From a virus (Duplodnaviria > Heunggongvirae > Uroviricota > Caudoviricetes), in the IMG/VR virus record IMGVR_UViG_3300025389_000018: a stretch of DNA of 64,000 bases; one strand, given 5' to 3'. Shown piece by piece: positions 9,556-18,970 of this stretch (positions within the stretch are counted from its first letter, which is position 1; every line of letters starts with the position of its first letter). The translations under genes were made by a program, and so were the position numbers. Under the pieces are notes generated by a model. That model saw only the letters and a program-made list of their open reading frames with translations, searched no databases and was not told the DNA's origin.

Positions 9556-10177
9556 CTACTTCTCCTTCCCATAGACTTTTCTCCAACTCGTTTAATTCCT
9601 TTTCTTCTTTTGCGTTTTCTTCTGTGCAACTTCGGCATACATCAGGTGTCTCTGTACCTTCACATTCCACACTCTCATAGCACTCGTCACACCAATGGTG
9701 GTCTCCTTCAAGTTCTAGTCGCTTCTCACAAATAGCACTACTAAGTGAGCCATCTATGGCAGAAGTTTCCTTTCCATTTTTGTAAGTGTTTTCTCCCCAA
9801 TAGTCACTTCCACTCTCATAGTATTGGTAAAAGAGTTTCAATTTAGGATACTTAGTTGCGAGTGCTTCAATGACCTGTACAACAGGGCTCCAAGCGGTAT
9901 CGAAAGTGTAAATAAGCAAACCTTCTTCTAGCCAACTACTTTTTCTATCAACATCACATACATCCCACTTACTTCCCCAGTTTTCTATGCTCCACGAATA
10001 CCACTCACCATCTTTTTCAACTGGTCTAGGGATTATTCTTTGGCAGGAGAAAGGAGAGGCAGAGTGTTGTTCTGTTTCCTCACTTTGAGTGAGTTCTACA
10101 TACTTCATCAACTTAGTAAGTTCTCTAGGAGAACCTTCTATCTTTAAGAAGTTGTTACACCAATTTGGCATTTCCAT
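9542..10177 (-). CDS. Hypothetical protein with N-terminal MPNWCNNFL motif and C-terminal Cys cluster
   Basis: A 211-aa ORF with HHWCDECYESVECEGTETPDVCRSC. Confidence 0.55.
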   Translation of the reverse strand: MEMPNWCNNFLKIEGSPRELTKLMKYVELTQSEETEQHSASPFSCQRIIPRPVEKDGEWYSWSIENWGSKWDVCDVDRKSSWLEEGLLIYTFDTAWSPVVQVIEALATKYPKLKLFYQYYESGSDYWGENTYKNGKETSAIDGSLSSAICEKRLELEGDHHWCDECYESVECEGTETPDVCRSCTEENAKEEKELNELEKSLWEGEVVEVS

Positions 10178-10589
10178 CTCCTATAACTATTCCAGTTTTA
10201 AGAACCTCTTGAAGTCGTGGCGTTATTTCATTATCGAAATAGTCTCTGCCGTACTTCCATATACGGTCAGGAATTTGGTCTATAACTTCTTTAGTAATAA
10301 ATCCATTTACTAAAGAGGCTACTTTTGCACCTGCGTGTTTATCTCCTTTTAAGAAATAAACTCCACCAATTCTTGATAGACGTAATGCTTCTGTACTGCT
10401 ACCCCTCATGTCATAATCAAGTTCTTTAACTATGAATTTTCTAGTATCTAGTGGTGCGTGTTTCTGCCAATCCCATCCATGAGGGGCAGTGATAGTCACT
10501 TGTTCTAAATCAGGGATTGCTACACGAAAGAAGATAGTCTCCCACCCAGTTATTTCAACCTTTGTTTTTTCCAATAGATTACTGCTCAT
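10155..10589 (-). CDS. Hypothetical protein
   Basis: Operon context. Confidence 0.5.
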   Translation of the reverse strand: MSSNLLEKTKVEITGWETIFFRVAIPDLEQVTITAPHGWDWQKHAPLDTRKFIVKELDYDMRGSSTEALRLSRIGGVYFLKGDKHAGAKVASLVNGFITKEVIDQIPDRIWKYGRDYFDNEITPRLQEVLKTGIVIGDGNAKLV

Positions 10590-11169
10590 TTGTCTCTCTC
10601 TTTTCTAGGTAACTTATTTTCTTATAGACTTTTGATTTTCCTTCAGACGTTTTATAGCCGTACCGAACGAAACGTGACTCTAAGGCAGAAGTAGTTACTC
10701 CTAATGATTTTGCTAACGAATAGCAACTAACTCCTTTTTGCACCTGCTCCCACGCTAACTTAGTGAATAGTTCTGCTTCTTCTCGGTAATTGGTACTTGT
10801 GCTTCTTACTAACTGCGCTTTGTTACGAAGTTCTATTAGTTGTGCTAAAACTTCAGGTTCTACTTCTAACATCTTCCTGTCATAGATAGGAATAGAAGGC
10901 ACTTGCGGTACTCGGTACTTACCCAACACCTTCTCTCTAATTACAGGGTCATTAGCGATTGGCTCATTCACCAACTGTCGGATTCTTTCGCGTGTAACAC
11001 CTATCACATCAGCCATAGATTGAAGTGTCCAGCCTTCATCGCGTAGTGCCTTTAAGTAAGCCTTCTTCTCTTGTAAGTCTAGGTTCTGAATTACACCTAG
11101 TATTCCTTCAGGAAGTTTCATATCAGACTTCTTTTTCTTTGTTCCTACTTGCACTTTATGTATTGTCAT
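10579..11169 (-). CDS. DNA-binding protein with two HTH motifs (sigma-70 region-4-like)
   Basis: GWTLQSMADVIGVTRERIRQL resembles a region-4 HTH. A second HTH is YSLAKSLGVTTSALESRF. Confidence 0.5.
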   Translation of the reverse strand: MTIHKVQVGTKKKKSDMKLPEGILGVIQNLDLQEKKAYLKALRDEGWTLQSMADVIGVTRERIRQLVNEPIANDPVIREKVLGKYRVPQVPSIPIYDRKMLEVEPEVLAQLIELRNKAQLVRSTSTNYREEAELFTKLAWEQVQKGVSCYSLAKSLGVTTSALESRFVRYGYKTSEGKSKVYKKISYLEKRETNEQ

Positions 11170-11512
11170 TATTTTTTACCTCGGTATCCCATAGTTGTTC
11201 TTCGTTGTGTTCTAGTTCCTGTTGCTTTCGTAGCCAAGTATTCCATGTACTTAGTGTCGCATTTGCTATTGCAGTTCCGATTGCAGTGCTGTTGAATACA
11301 TCGTCAATTCTAATAAGTATTTCGTCTACGATTTTGTTAGGTAAGGAATTGGGAGATGGATATTTAGCGTGTAGTTCTTTATCATCAGTCATTTCAACTG
11401 TCGTATCGAATACGTCATTTTTATCTAGTATATGCACAGCAAGAAGTTCGTCTAAGTTATCTCCATACCATATATTGAGTCTTTCAATTAACTCCTTCGC
11501 TGTGTATATCAT
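11156..11512 (-). CDS. Hypothetical protein
   Basis: Operon context. Confidence 0.45.
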   Translation of the reverse strand: MIYTAKELIERLNIWYGDNLDELLAVHILDKNDVFDTTVEMTDDKELHAKYPSPNSLPNKIVDEILIRIDDVFNSTAIGTAIANATLSTWNTWLRKQQELEHNEEQLWDTEVKNNDNT

Positions 11513-11906
11513 CTTGTGTCTCCTTATCCCATAGTTCTTCTTCTTCTACTTCGTCTGCATTTCTTTTTTTGGATTCAGATATTTCAGTTGAGATGTAGTC
11601 GCTTTCAAGTTCATTGAACGCTTCATATAAATAATCCCAACTACTGTCGTAATTGAATTTTTGCATGACTTCCTTGAACATCTCTACTGTGTAGTCTTTT
11701 TTTGTAAAGTTATGTTCGTGATAACTTTCTTCTGCTTGTAGTGCTTGAGTTTCATAATCTGTCACTACTGCTATTGCAATTACTTCATCCTCTTTATAGT
11801 GTCGAGAGAGGAATTCTGTAACTTCTTTTCGCGTGTTGATATACATTTCATCCTCTCCTTCTTTGCGGTGTAAGTCGTTCCCAAGTAAGTCGTTTCCAAG
11901 CCACAC
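11484..11906 (-). CDS. Hypothetical acidic protein
   Basis: Operon context. Confidence 0.45.
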   Translation of the reverse strand: MWLGNDLLGNDLHRKEGEDEMYINTRKEVTEFLSRHYKEDEVIAIAVVTDYETQALQAEESYHEHNFTKKDYTVEMFKEVMQKFNYDSSWDYLYEAFNELESDYISTEISESKKRNADEVEEEELWDKETQDDIHSEGVN

Positions 11907-12083
11907 GAATTTTTGGTGAACGAGATGGGATTATGTAAGAGGGTTCTTTCCCATTTGTAGTGGTATATGTGTAGTACATTGGATAGATTGAAGGTACTGC
12001 TGTTTTTGTAATGCGTGTAGAACAATGGTGTTCTGACTCTCTATTCAGTTGTACCCCACACTCACAAGTAAAGTTCATACCCA

Positions 12084-12425
12084 TTATTTTTCTCCTATCA
12101 GTTTCGCTAATGCTTGACGAGTAGGGCAATACTGTGGCTCAAACTCTCCATTCTCAGGTATTAGTTCATATCCACATCCCCTGCATGACCAAAACTTATC
12201 TACTTCATCCCATGACCTGTCATGTATCTCAAAAATCTCTTGCAATACTAGAAGTTCAGAGACATGGGTTTCTATTTGACTTACTCTTTCATGTAGTTTT
12301 GCCAATTCAGATTCGGAATGTATTTCGTTGATACTTTGCTTAAATAAATCCACCAGTTCAGAACGAGTATTCTGTATTTTTGTTTCGAGTACTTTTCGTA
12401 GTTCATCTACTTTGGCGTTGTTCAT
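12084..12425 (-). CDS. Hypothetical coiled-coil protein with C-terminal zinc ribbon (CRGCGY...YCP)
   Basis: Operon context. Confidence 0.45.
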   Translation of the reverse strand: MNNAKVDELRKVLETKIQNTRSELVDLFKQSINEIHSESELAKLHERVSQIETHVSELLVLQEIFEIHDRSWDEVDKFWSCRGCGYELIPENGEFEPQYCPTRQALAKLIGEK

Positions 12426-12456
12426 TTGATTCTCCTTTGTTTATATTAAGGTTTTG

Positions 12457-12600
12457 TTATTGTTCCCATAACTGGTTCTCAATTAGTTCTAGTTCAATTT
12501 CCATAGCGTTTACCCAGTCATGGCTTTCGACAGTGCATACTTCGCACATTCCATCTATTAGGTTACGTGTAACCTTTCCGCACATATAGCACTTAGACAT
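12457..12600 (-). CDS. Small zinc-ribbon protein (CYMCG...CEVC) ending ...ENQLWEQ (LW-tail family; not in ORF track)
   Basis: ATG at 12600 preceded by TAAGGAGCAAT. It encodes 47 aa. Confidence 0.4.
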   Translation of the reverse strand: MSKCYMCGKVTRNLIDGMCEVCTVESHDWVNAMEIELELIENQLWEQ

Positions 12601-12617
12601 ATTGCTCCTTAGATTTT

Positions 12618-13124
12618 TTACTGCGGATATGTACTACTTAGTTTTGCCTGTTCGTGGATTCTTTCCGCATTTTCTATCGAAAGTCTAAGTAGCATTTCTC
12701 TTCTACGGTTAAGTAATCCTTCTTTTATTTTGTTTTCACGCTCCTCTTTTTCTTCTCTCTCTTTTGCTTTAGCCTTTTCTAAGGCTTCTTGGTTTTCTTT
12801 ATGTAGTTTCTTTATGTCTCTTATTTCTTTAGCAGTTACCTTCTGTAAAGGTACGACTTCATCTCCATAATCCGAATACACGCGAGAGTATCTACTTGAT
12901 TGTCTCCACCTTACATTTTGTCGTGCCTGTGCTTCTGCAAGTTCTTTTGTTCTATGGAACGAGCCATTCACTATTTGGTTAGGAAACTTAGGGTTAGTAG
13001 TGTTAGCAACTGCATGAGTGTATTTGTCTGCATTACTGCCTCTAATGACCTTCTGACCATTAGAGGCTACACCTACATAATAAACTCTTGGCTTTTTTTC
13101 ATACTTCACTTCATCAACTAACAT
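12618..13124 (-). CDS. Hypothetical protein with Lys/Glu-rich coiled-coil C-terminus
   Basis: Operon context. Confidence 0.55.
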   Translation of the reverse strand: MLVDEVKYEKKPRVYYVGVASNGQKVIRGSNADKYTHAVANTTNPKFPNQIVNGSFHRTKELAEAQARQNVRWRQSSRYSRVYSDYGDEVVPLQKVTAKEIRDIKKLHKENQEALEKAKAKEREEKEERENKIKEGLLNRRREMLLRLSIENAERIHEQAKLSSTYPQ

Positions 13125-13269
13125 CTTTAATCCTCTCCTTTGTTCTTTAGATATGATTGAAGTTCACTTACTTTGTGAGCCGACTCCCTAAACCCACTAG
13201 CGTTAAGCCATGATTTCTCACGACCTAACGCTTGTAGGATTAGTGCCAACTGTTCTGCCGACAGTTCCA

Positions 13270-13860
13270 TTATGCGTACACATCTTTTCCTTGATATGCC
13301 ATCTCAACTAATGTCTCAAACTCTGCGAGAGAGAGTGTTACTGTGGCTTGCAGTTCACGATTCATGTCGTAAGTAGTGCCTACTGTTACTCTAGCCTTAT
13401 CTCCTAATAGTTCTTTAGCAGTTATGGCTACTGTTGTTTCGGCTCTCTTTACATCATTCTCAACGGCTCTCTGTTTCGCAAGTTCTTTTTCCCTGCGCTC
13501 TTGCTCAGCACGCTGTCGTTCTAGTTCGGCTTGCTTGCTCGCTTCCCACTTAGGCTCTAAGTCAGCCCACAATGCAACTACATCTGCCAAACGTGAAGTC
13601 CAATAGACTTCTTTACCACCTTTATCAGTTGCTTTTACAAGTATTCCTACCGAACGATTACCAGCCTCAGCCTTGCGAAAGTCTGCGGGTTCCTCTGTTC
13701 TCCTTCCTGCTTCATACTCGTATTTCTCTAAGGAAACGATGGTTGCCTTCACTACATCGTTCTCCCTTGCCTTGTCAGGGTCACGACTTTCGCGTGAGGC
13801 GTAACTCCAACTAGGTACGATTGCGTAATCTTTTCCAAGTTCAACTTCTGACAGTTTCAT
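13270..13860 (-). CDS. Hypothetical protein with coiled-coil
   Basis: RBS AAGGAGAAT upstream. Confidence 0.55.
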   Translation of the reverse strand: MKLSEVELGKDYAIVPSWSYASRESRDPDKARENDVVKATIVSLEKYEYEAGRRTEEPADFRKAEAGNRSVGILVKATDKGGKEVYWTSRLADVVALWADLEPKWEASKQAELERQRAEQERREKELAKQRAVENDVKRAETTVAITAKELLGDKARVTVGTTYDMNRELQATVTLSLAEFETLVEMAYQGKDVYA

Positions 13861-13880
13861 TTATGTATTCTCCTTTTGAT

Positions 13881-15896
13881 TTATGAATTGGCTACTAGGT
13901 TTCGTGCGATTGCAATTCGTACAAGTTCCCGACCCAATATCGTGATGTCTTTTGCAGACTTGATTTGTGTCAGTAACTCAAACGAGTGGCGATAGTGTTC
14001 GAGATGTTGAGCAGAGATAGTTCCTTGCTCTAAGTAGGCTTGGCAAGTTAGAACGCCAGCATTACGCATTTCCGTAACTGCTTGCTCTCCTTCTTTTGAG
14101 TCCCACATTCCATCCGTAATCATAAATAGAATACGGATTGGCTTATCGGTTTCAGCGAGAACACGTTTCGCGTAGAGAATTGCTTCGTGAGGATTGGTTC
14201 CCCCGTCAGCACCAGCGTCACGAATTGAATTTCCAGCCTTATCCTCAGCACTGTAAAGAAGTGTCGTGTCATAATCGAATAAGCAGACAGTTGTTCGGGC
14301 TTCGACTTCTTCAAGTGCCTTCTTAATTGCCCACATACTTTGATATGCCATGTCTGCATTATTTCCTGCCATTGAACCCGACTTATCTAGCAAGATAACG
14401 GCTTCAATAGAAGTTACATCAGAACGACCTTCTTGCCATTCATCGAAACAAGTATCGAAATCCTCATTATTGAGATAACGATTGACATTCAAGCGACCTG
14501 TATCAACTTCTGACTCCCATGCAGGGTCAAACTTTGCGCGTAAGCGTTCGAGTTCACGACCAAACGCTTTAGAAGTTAGCACCAGTTCAGGATTAGCAGG
14601 TACTTCTCTGTGTCGGGCTTTAATTGGCGTAGTTACATTTCCGCCATTTAATCCAACATCAACACCCATCTGCTTTGCGATTTGATTTATCTCTTTAGAT
14701 AACTCGCGCAAGGCTTCATCCATAATGCCATCAAGTATTTGTGATACCTGTTGATTAGTGCCTGTTGTACCTTTATCTGTTCCTATTCCCTTTGCAGGAT
14801 TGGATGGAGAAGGTTCAAGGTCTAAGTCAATCTCTTCGTCATAGTCCCATTCCTCATCTTCCTCATCAAACGGCGATGGTGTAGTGCTGTCAGGATTTTT
14901 TACTGCGGATTTATCTTCTTTAGAAGTTTCCTCAGTTACATCTCCCTCAGTTACATCGCCATCAGTTGTATCAGTTGTATCTTCATCAGTTGCAGGAGAG
15001 AGTTCTATATCTACAACAAGAACGGGCTTTGGATTGTCCTTGCTCTTACTCCTTCCTAAGTCGCTCTCTTGCTGTGCGCGACTAACTGGTCGGACACTAC
15101 TGCTATCTACCCCTTGTGTTGGGCGAGTGCTATGACCCATAGGGTCACTAATGCGAACTATAACTGTCTGACCACCTTGACCATTACTACTGCTCTGTGT
15201 CGGTGCTAACTGCTTTATCAACTCGTCTAACTCTTTGATAAGTACCTTCGCTCTTTCCGTTGCTGTTCGTACTTCTTCAATAGAACCTACGAATATCAGT
15301 TGTCGGTATTCATCAACGATGTTATAGATTGCTTCTACATCTTGTGGTCGTTGGTAGTTATCAACTGCTAACTGTTGGATTTCAGTAGGCAGATACCTAC
15401 GACCAGTAATAAGAGGAAACGCTGTTGGTAGTGCTTCCTCGTTTTTAATGATGTAGTTAGTAACTACGGCTGTTAGCCACTTAGCAATACTTGGCAAGTA
15501 ACCGACTAACAAGGTTTCGATTCGGTTGTCCTCTAGCACGTTAAACGTATTCCATAGGTCATTCTGTTGTACCCATGCTATGAAAGGCGTACCAGTTCTA
15601 GGCGTATAGCGGAGATGTCCTAACTCATGGAAATCAAGTCCTTGCAGTTCCAAGATAGTTTCAGCAGTAATCTCGTCATGCAACTCAGCCAAGTTAAGCC
15701 ACATTTGCGTACTGCTTGACCATGCAGGAGATTCGATTAAAGGTTCATCTACTACACTTACCGAGATTTTTCGACCTGTCAAAACACTATTAGTGCGAGC
15801 GAATACACTCGCAAGTTTAGTGATGTGACTGCGCTTTAATTGCTGTAGTTCTTTTGCTTTGTCCTCTTGGCTTTGCTCTTTAATGAACGCTCTCAT
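13881..15896 (-). CDS. von Willebrand factor A domain protein (CobT-like partner of the MoxR ATPase)
   Basis: vWA MIDAS motif ILLDKSGSM near the C-terminus, with an acidic low-complexity linker (TDEDTTDTTDGDVTEGDVTEE). It sits adjacent to the AAA+ gene. Confidence 0.8.
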   Translation of the reverse strand: MRAFIKEQSQEDKAKELQQLKRSHITKLASVFARTNSVLTGRKISVSVVDEPLIESPAWSSSTQMWLNLAELHDEITAETILELQGLDFHELGHLRYTPRTGTPFIAWVQQNDLWNTFNVLEDNRIETLLVGYLPSIAKWLTAVVTNYIIKNEEALPTAFPLITGRRYLPTEIQQLAVDNYQRPQDVEAIYNIVDEYRQLIFVGSIEEVRTATERAKVLIKELDELIKQLAPTQSSSNGQGGQTVIVRISDPMGHSTRPTQGVDSSSVRPVSRAQQESDLGRSKSKDNPKPVLVVDIELSPATDEDTTDTTDGDVTEGDVTEETSKEDKSAVKNPDSTTPSPFDEEDEEWDYDEEIDLDLEPSPSNPAKGIGTDKGTTGTNQQVSQILDGIMDEALRELSKEINQIAKQMGVDVGLNGGNVTTPIKARHREVPANPELVLTSKAFGRELERLRAKFDPAWESEVDTGRLNVNRYLNNEDFDTCFDEWQEGRSDVTSIEAVILLDKSGSMAGNNADMAYQSMWAIKKALEEVEARTTVCLFDYDTTLLYSAEDKAGNSIRDAGADGGTNPHEAILYAKRVLAETDKPIRILFMITDGMWDSKEGEQAVTEMRNAGVLTCQAYLEQGTISAQHLEHYRHSFELLTQIKSAKDITILGRELVRIAIARNLVANS

Positions 15897-15909
15897 TTTT
15901 TTCTCCTTA

Positions 15910-17250
15910 TTAGTTTATGTCAGAAGTAACTGGTGATTGAAACTCTTGCTCTAGTTGCAAACGGTGTGCCTCAAACAGCAGGCGAACACTTGCGCGTTCT
16001 TCATCGTTAAAGTTCATCAACGCATTTTCCAATGCAAACTCAAACCCAAGTTCGTGAGCGAGTTCTTGGAAGTTCTTTAGCCAGCGTAATGAGATAGGCG
16101 TTGTATAAGTTCCCTTGATACTGTCTGCTCTCATGTCGTTAGCAATTTTCAGAAGTGTTGGTGACTTAATGATTTTCTTTTCGATAGTTGGGTCGTACTC
16201 AAACTTCAATTTGATACCGAAACGGTCTAGGAAGGCTTCATTCAACTTATTGCTTCCTCGGTATCCGTTGTTATATGTAGCGACCACCATGAAGTCAGGA
16301 TGTGCAGGTACTACTTCGCCACCATTCTCAATGATTGAGAGAGTGCGGTTTTGTAGTAAATCTTGAAGTCGTTGCAGGATTTTGGTAGGAGCGAAATCAA
16401 CTTCATCTAGGATAACAATGTCTCCACGCTTTACTGCTTGCGTGAGAACGCCATCTATCCAAACTGGCTTGCCAGTTTCAGAGTCAATGATTGTTTTACC
16501 AATAAACTGCCCAACTTCAATTCCCATCGAACAGGAGAACACATAAACGCCTTGACCTTCTTTATGCCCGAAGTTAAGTGCGCTAGTTGTTTTTCCTGTA
16601 CCAGCATGACCTTCGATAAGTACGAATTTCTTTAGTCGCTTAGCAGTTGAGAACATCTTGTGTTCAGTAACACCGCCAGCGAAAGTACGCTCAATGTAAT
16701 CTCCTACAAGTTCTTTAGAAGGAATACGGATTACATAACGACCAATGACTTCATCATCTAATTCCTCATAGCGTGGGGCTTGCGAAACTTCGATAGTGTC
16801 GTTGATTACTAGCGGATTTTTTACTGCGGTGGCACTCTTGTCACTTCTGCCATCACTACGGTATTTCGCTAGGGATTGTGGGTCTTGCTCTATCATGTCG
16901 TGTACCTCTTTCAGTAGTTCGGTTAGTGTTCGGTTGCTTGCTTCTTTATGGCGTAAGCCGTACTGCTTTGTTAGTTTTTGGATTAAAACATTTGGGCGTT
17001 GATTCTTTTGTAAAGAATATATGTCGTTATCAGTAAGTGGTGTAGAGAGAACCTCACCGACAATAACGTGTTCATCATGGATGGCGATTACTTCATCATA
17101 ATCAGAGTCAGTCCATGCGTTAGTCTCCCCACGTCCCCCATTAGTAGTGCGAGTCCATGCGTAGTTCTTACCTTCGTGAGTTGCTAGTAGTACCTGTCGA
17201 ACGGTATCTACTGTGTCGGTCTGCGCTGTGATTAGGATTGCTTGTGACAT
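15910..17250 (-). CDS. AAA+ ATPase, MoxR/CobS-like, with ~190-aa N-terminal extension
   Basis: Walker A IEGHAGTGKTT and Walker B IVILDEVDFAP. It pairs with the vWA gene. Confidence 0.8.
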   Translation of the reverse strand: MSQAILITAQTDTVDTVRQVLLATHEGKNYAWTRTTNGGRGETNAWTDSDYDEVIAIHDEHVIVGEVLSTPLTDNDIYSLQKNQRPNVLIQKLTKQYGLRHKEASNRTLTELLKEVHDMIEQDPQSLAKYRSDGRSDKSATAVKNPLVINDTIEVSQAPRYEELDDEVIGRYVIRIPSKELVGDYIERTFAGGVTEHKMFSTAKRLKKFVLIEGHAGTGKTTSALNFGHKEGQGVYVFSCSMGIEVGQFIGKTIIDSETGKPVWIDGVLTQAVKRGDIVILDEVDFAPTKILQRLQDLLQNRTLSIIENGGEVVPAHPDFMVVATYNNGYRGSNKLNEAFLDRFGIKLKFEYDPTIEKKIIKSPTLLKIANDMRADSIKGTYTTPISLRWLKNFQELAHELGFEFALENALMNFNDEERASVRLLFEAHRLQLEQEFQSPVTSDIN

Positions 17251-17254
17251 TTAT

Positions 17255-17593
17255 TTATTCCCCTTTGTTTTCGTTGTTTTCGTTGTCATTTGGTATTGAG
17301 AAGGATTGCTCTAGGGTTGAAATTTCTTTCAACTTATTGGTTGCCGATTCGATTGCTTGCTGTGAGATTCGTGCCAGCACTTCGATTGGTATTTCCGCGA
17401 TTAGAATTGACAAGTAATAGAACACCACCTGTTCTCTACTATCGAAGTCAGGGCGTGTAAATTCCAATGCGTTCAATGTAGCGACAGATATGAGGTCACG
17501 AATTTTCTGTTCATGTTCGGGGTTACTGCTATCTAGGTCATATCCACCGCCTTGTAACTTAACGATGTGTTTTTTGCGCCATTTGATTCTCAT
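17255..17593 (-). CDS. Hypothetical protein
   Basis: First gene of the leftward operon. Confidence 0.5.
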   Translation of the reverse strand: MRIKWRKKHIVKLQGGGYDLDSSNPEHEQKIRDLISVATLNALEFTRPDFDSREQVVFYYLSILIAEIPIEVLARISQQAIESATNKLKEISTLEQSFSIPNDNENNENKGE

Positions 17594-17901
17594 TTATTTA
17601 TTTTCCTTTTTTTATTCAGTAATGATTGAAGTTGAAAGTAATAGAGAACATCATCATCCACTAGAAGGGTGACACCGTTCTCGTCAATAGTTGCAATAGG
17701 TACGATAGGCATTTGTCATTCTCCTTTAGTTGTAGTTGATTATCTAGGGAATAGTAAATCTTTACAAAATTGGTTCATGTGACTTACTGGCACGTTGCAG
17801 ATATGAGGCGTTGTGATTTTGTTTAGCCAATAAATCAACGTGATAACAAGGATTGTCACAAGTATTGCGCGAACACGCTTTCCTCTTTTAGTTAGTGTCA
17901 T

Positions 17902-18099
17902 TTATTTAGCCTCTCTCTTTTCATCTAGGTATTGTTGAAACGTGCTTACACTCGCTACTAACTCATTAGCGATTTGACCGATTTCACTTGATTCGGAGAA
18001 GTCGGTAATTGTTTTATCTTTCAGTAGTTCATTTGCTCGTTGCATTAACTTCCGCGCATAAGCGAAGTCACTTCTTACTTCAGATTTTGTAGTCACCAT
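17902..18099 (-). CDS. Hypothetical small protein
   Basis: Isolated small ORF. Confidence 0.35.
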   Translation of the reverse strand: MVTTKSEVRSDFAYARKLMQRANELLKDKTITDFSESSEIGQIANELVASVSTFQQYLDEKREAK

Positions 18100-18549
18100 T
18101 TGTCCTTCTCCATTCGTTGTTGTTGATTACTCCCACCAAGTAATCACCACCACTTACCTGCTATACCTGCTCATAACAAGATGGCAAGTAAGTGATAGAA
18201 ACTATTTGCTGTTATTGAAATTGGTGTCGAAGATGTTTATTGCACTAGGCATAGACACGCAACTAATTGTTAGTTGCCACCAGTATCGCGTGTGAGTAAC
18301 TCATAGCCGTAACTATGAGTGTCACCTAATCACTTCACATTGTTGTAGTCATTTATTTTGTGATGTTAGTAGAAGTTGTTAGCGATGAATACGCGCTACT
18401 AATTGCACGACAGTTGTTATCTTGTGAAAGTGATTTTGTCAGATTCCAAACCGAAGGTTTTTCTGACCACCTGTCCGTAGAGGGCGATACGTGAGAATTA
18501 TATGGTTAAAGAAGATTGAAACGCAAGTACCCCACAAGTACCAATTATC

Positions 18550-18775
18550 GGCGTGTTTTGAGCGTGATTTGAGCGTGATTTGGGGGATTGCGCCCATAAC
18601 GGGGGCAGGAATAGGGGTAGAGATTGCCCCACCTAACCCACCTAGCCCACCTACCGATGGCAGAAGTGATAAAGATTTATTTTTCTTTTATTCAGTAACG
18701 ATTAACAAGTTCTTAATAGATAGAGAGATAGATAGATATAAGAGATAGATAGATACATCGTGATACATCGTGATT
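18550..18775. repeat. Cluster of short tandem repeats: TGAGCGTGATT x2 (18559-18580), CCCACCTAN x3 (18628-18654), GATAGATA-type repeats and ATACATCGTG x2 (18753-18773)
   Basis: Read directly in the ORF-free 18100-19238 region. Confidence 0.7.
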
Positions 18776-18910
18776 GTTAGATAAGTTCTTTATCATCATT
18801 GAACAATACTATTGACACTACATTCACATTGTTATGTATTAGAGATTTATTTATGTTTATTCATGTGAATAATGCTTAACACATAATCCAAGTGATAAAG
18901 AAGATTGAAT

Positions 18911-18970
18911 AGTAAATAGTTGATAACATCTCAGAGAGATAGTAAATAGTTGATAACATCTCAGAGAGAT
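18911..18970. repeat. Perfect 30-bp tandem duplication AGTAAATAGTTGATAACATCTCAGAGAGAT x2
   Basis: Exact adjacent copies. They contain TTGATAAC (DnaA-box-like / iteron-like). Confidence 0.8.
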
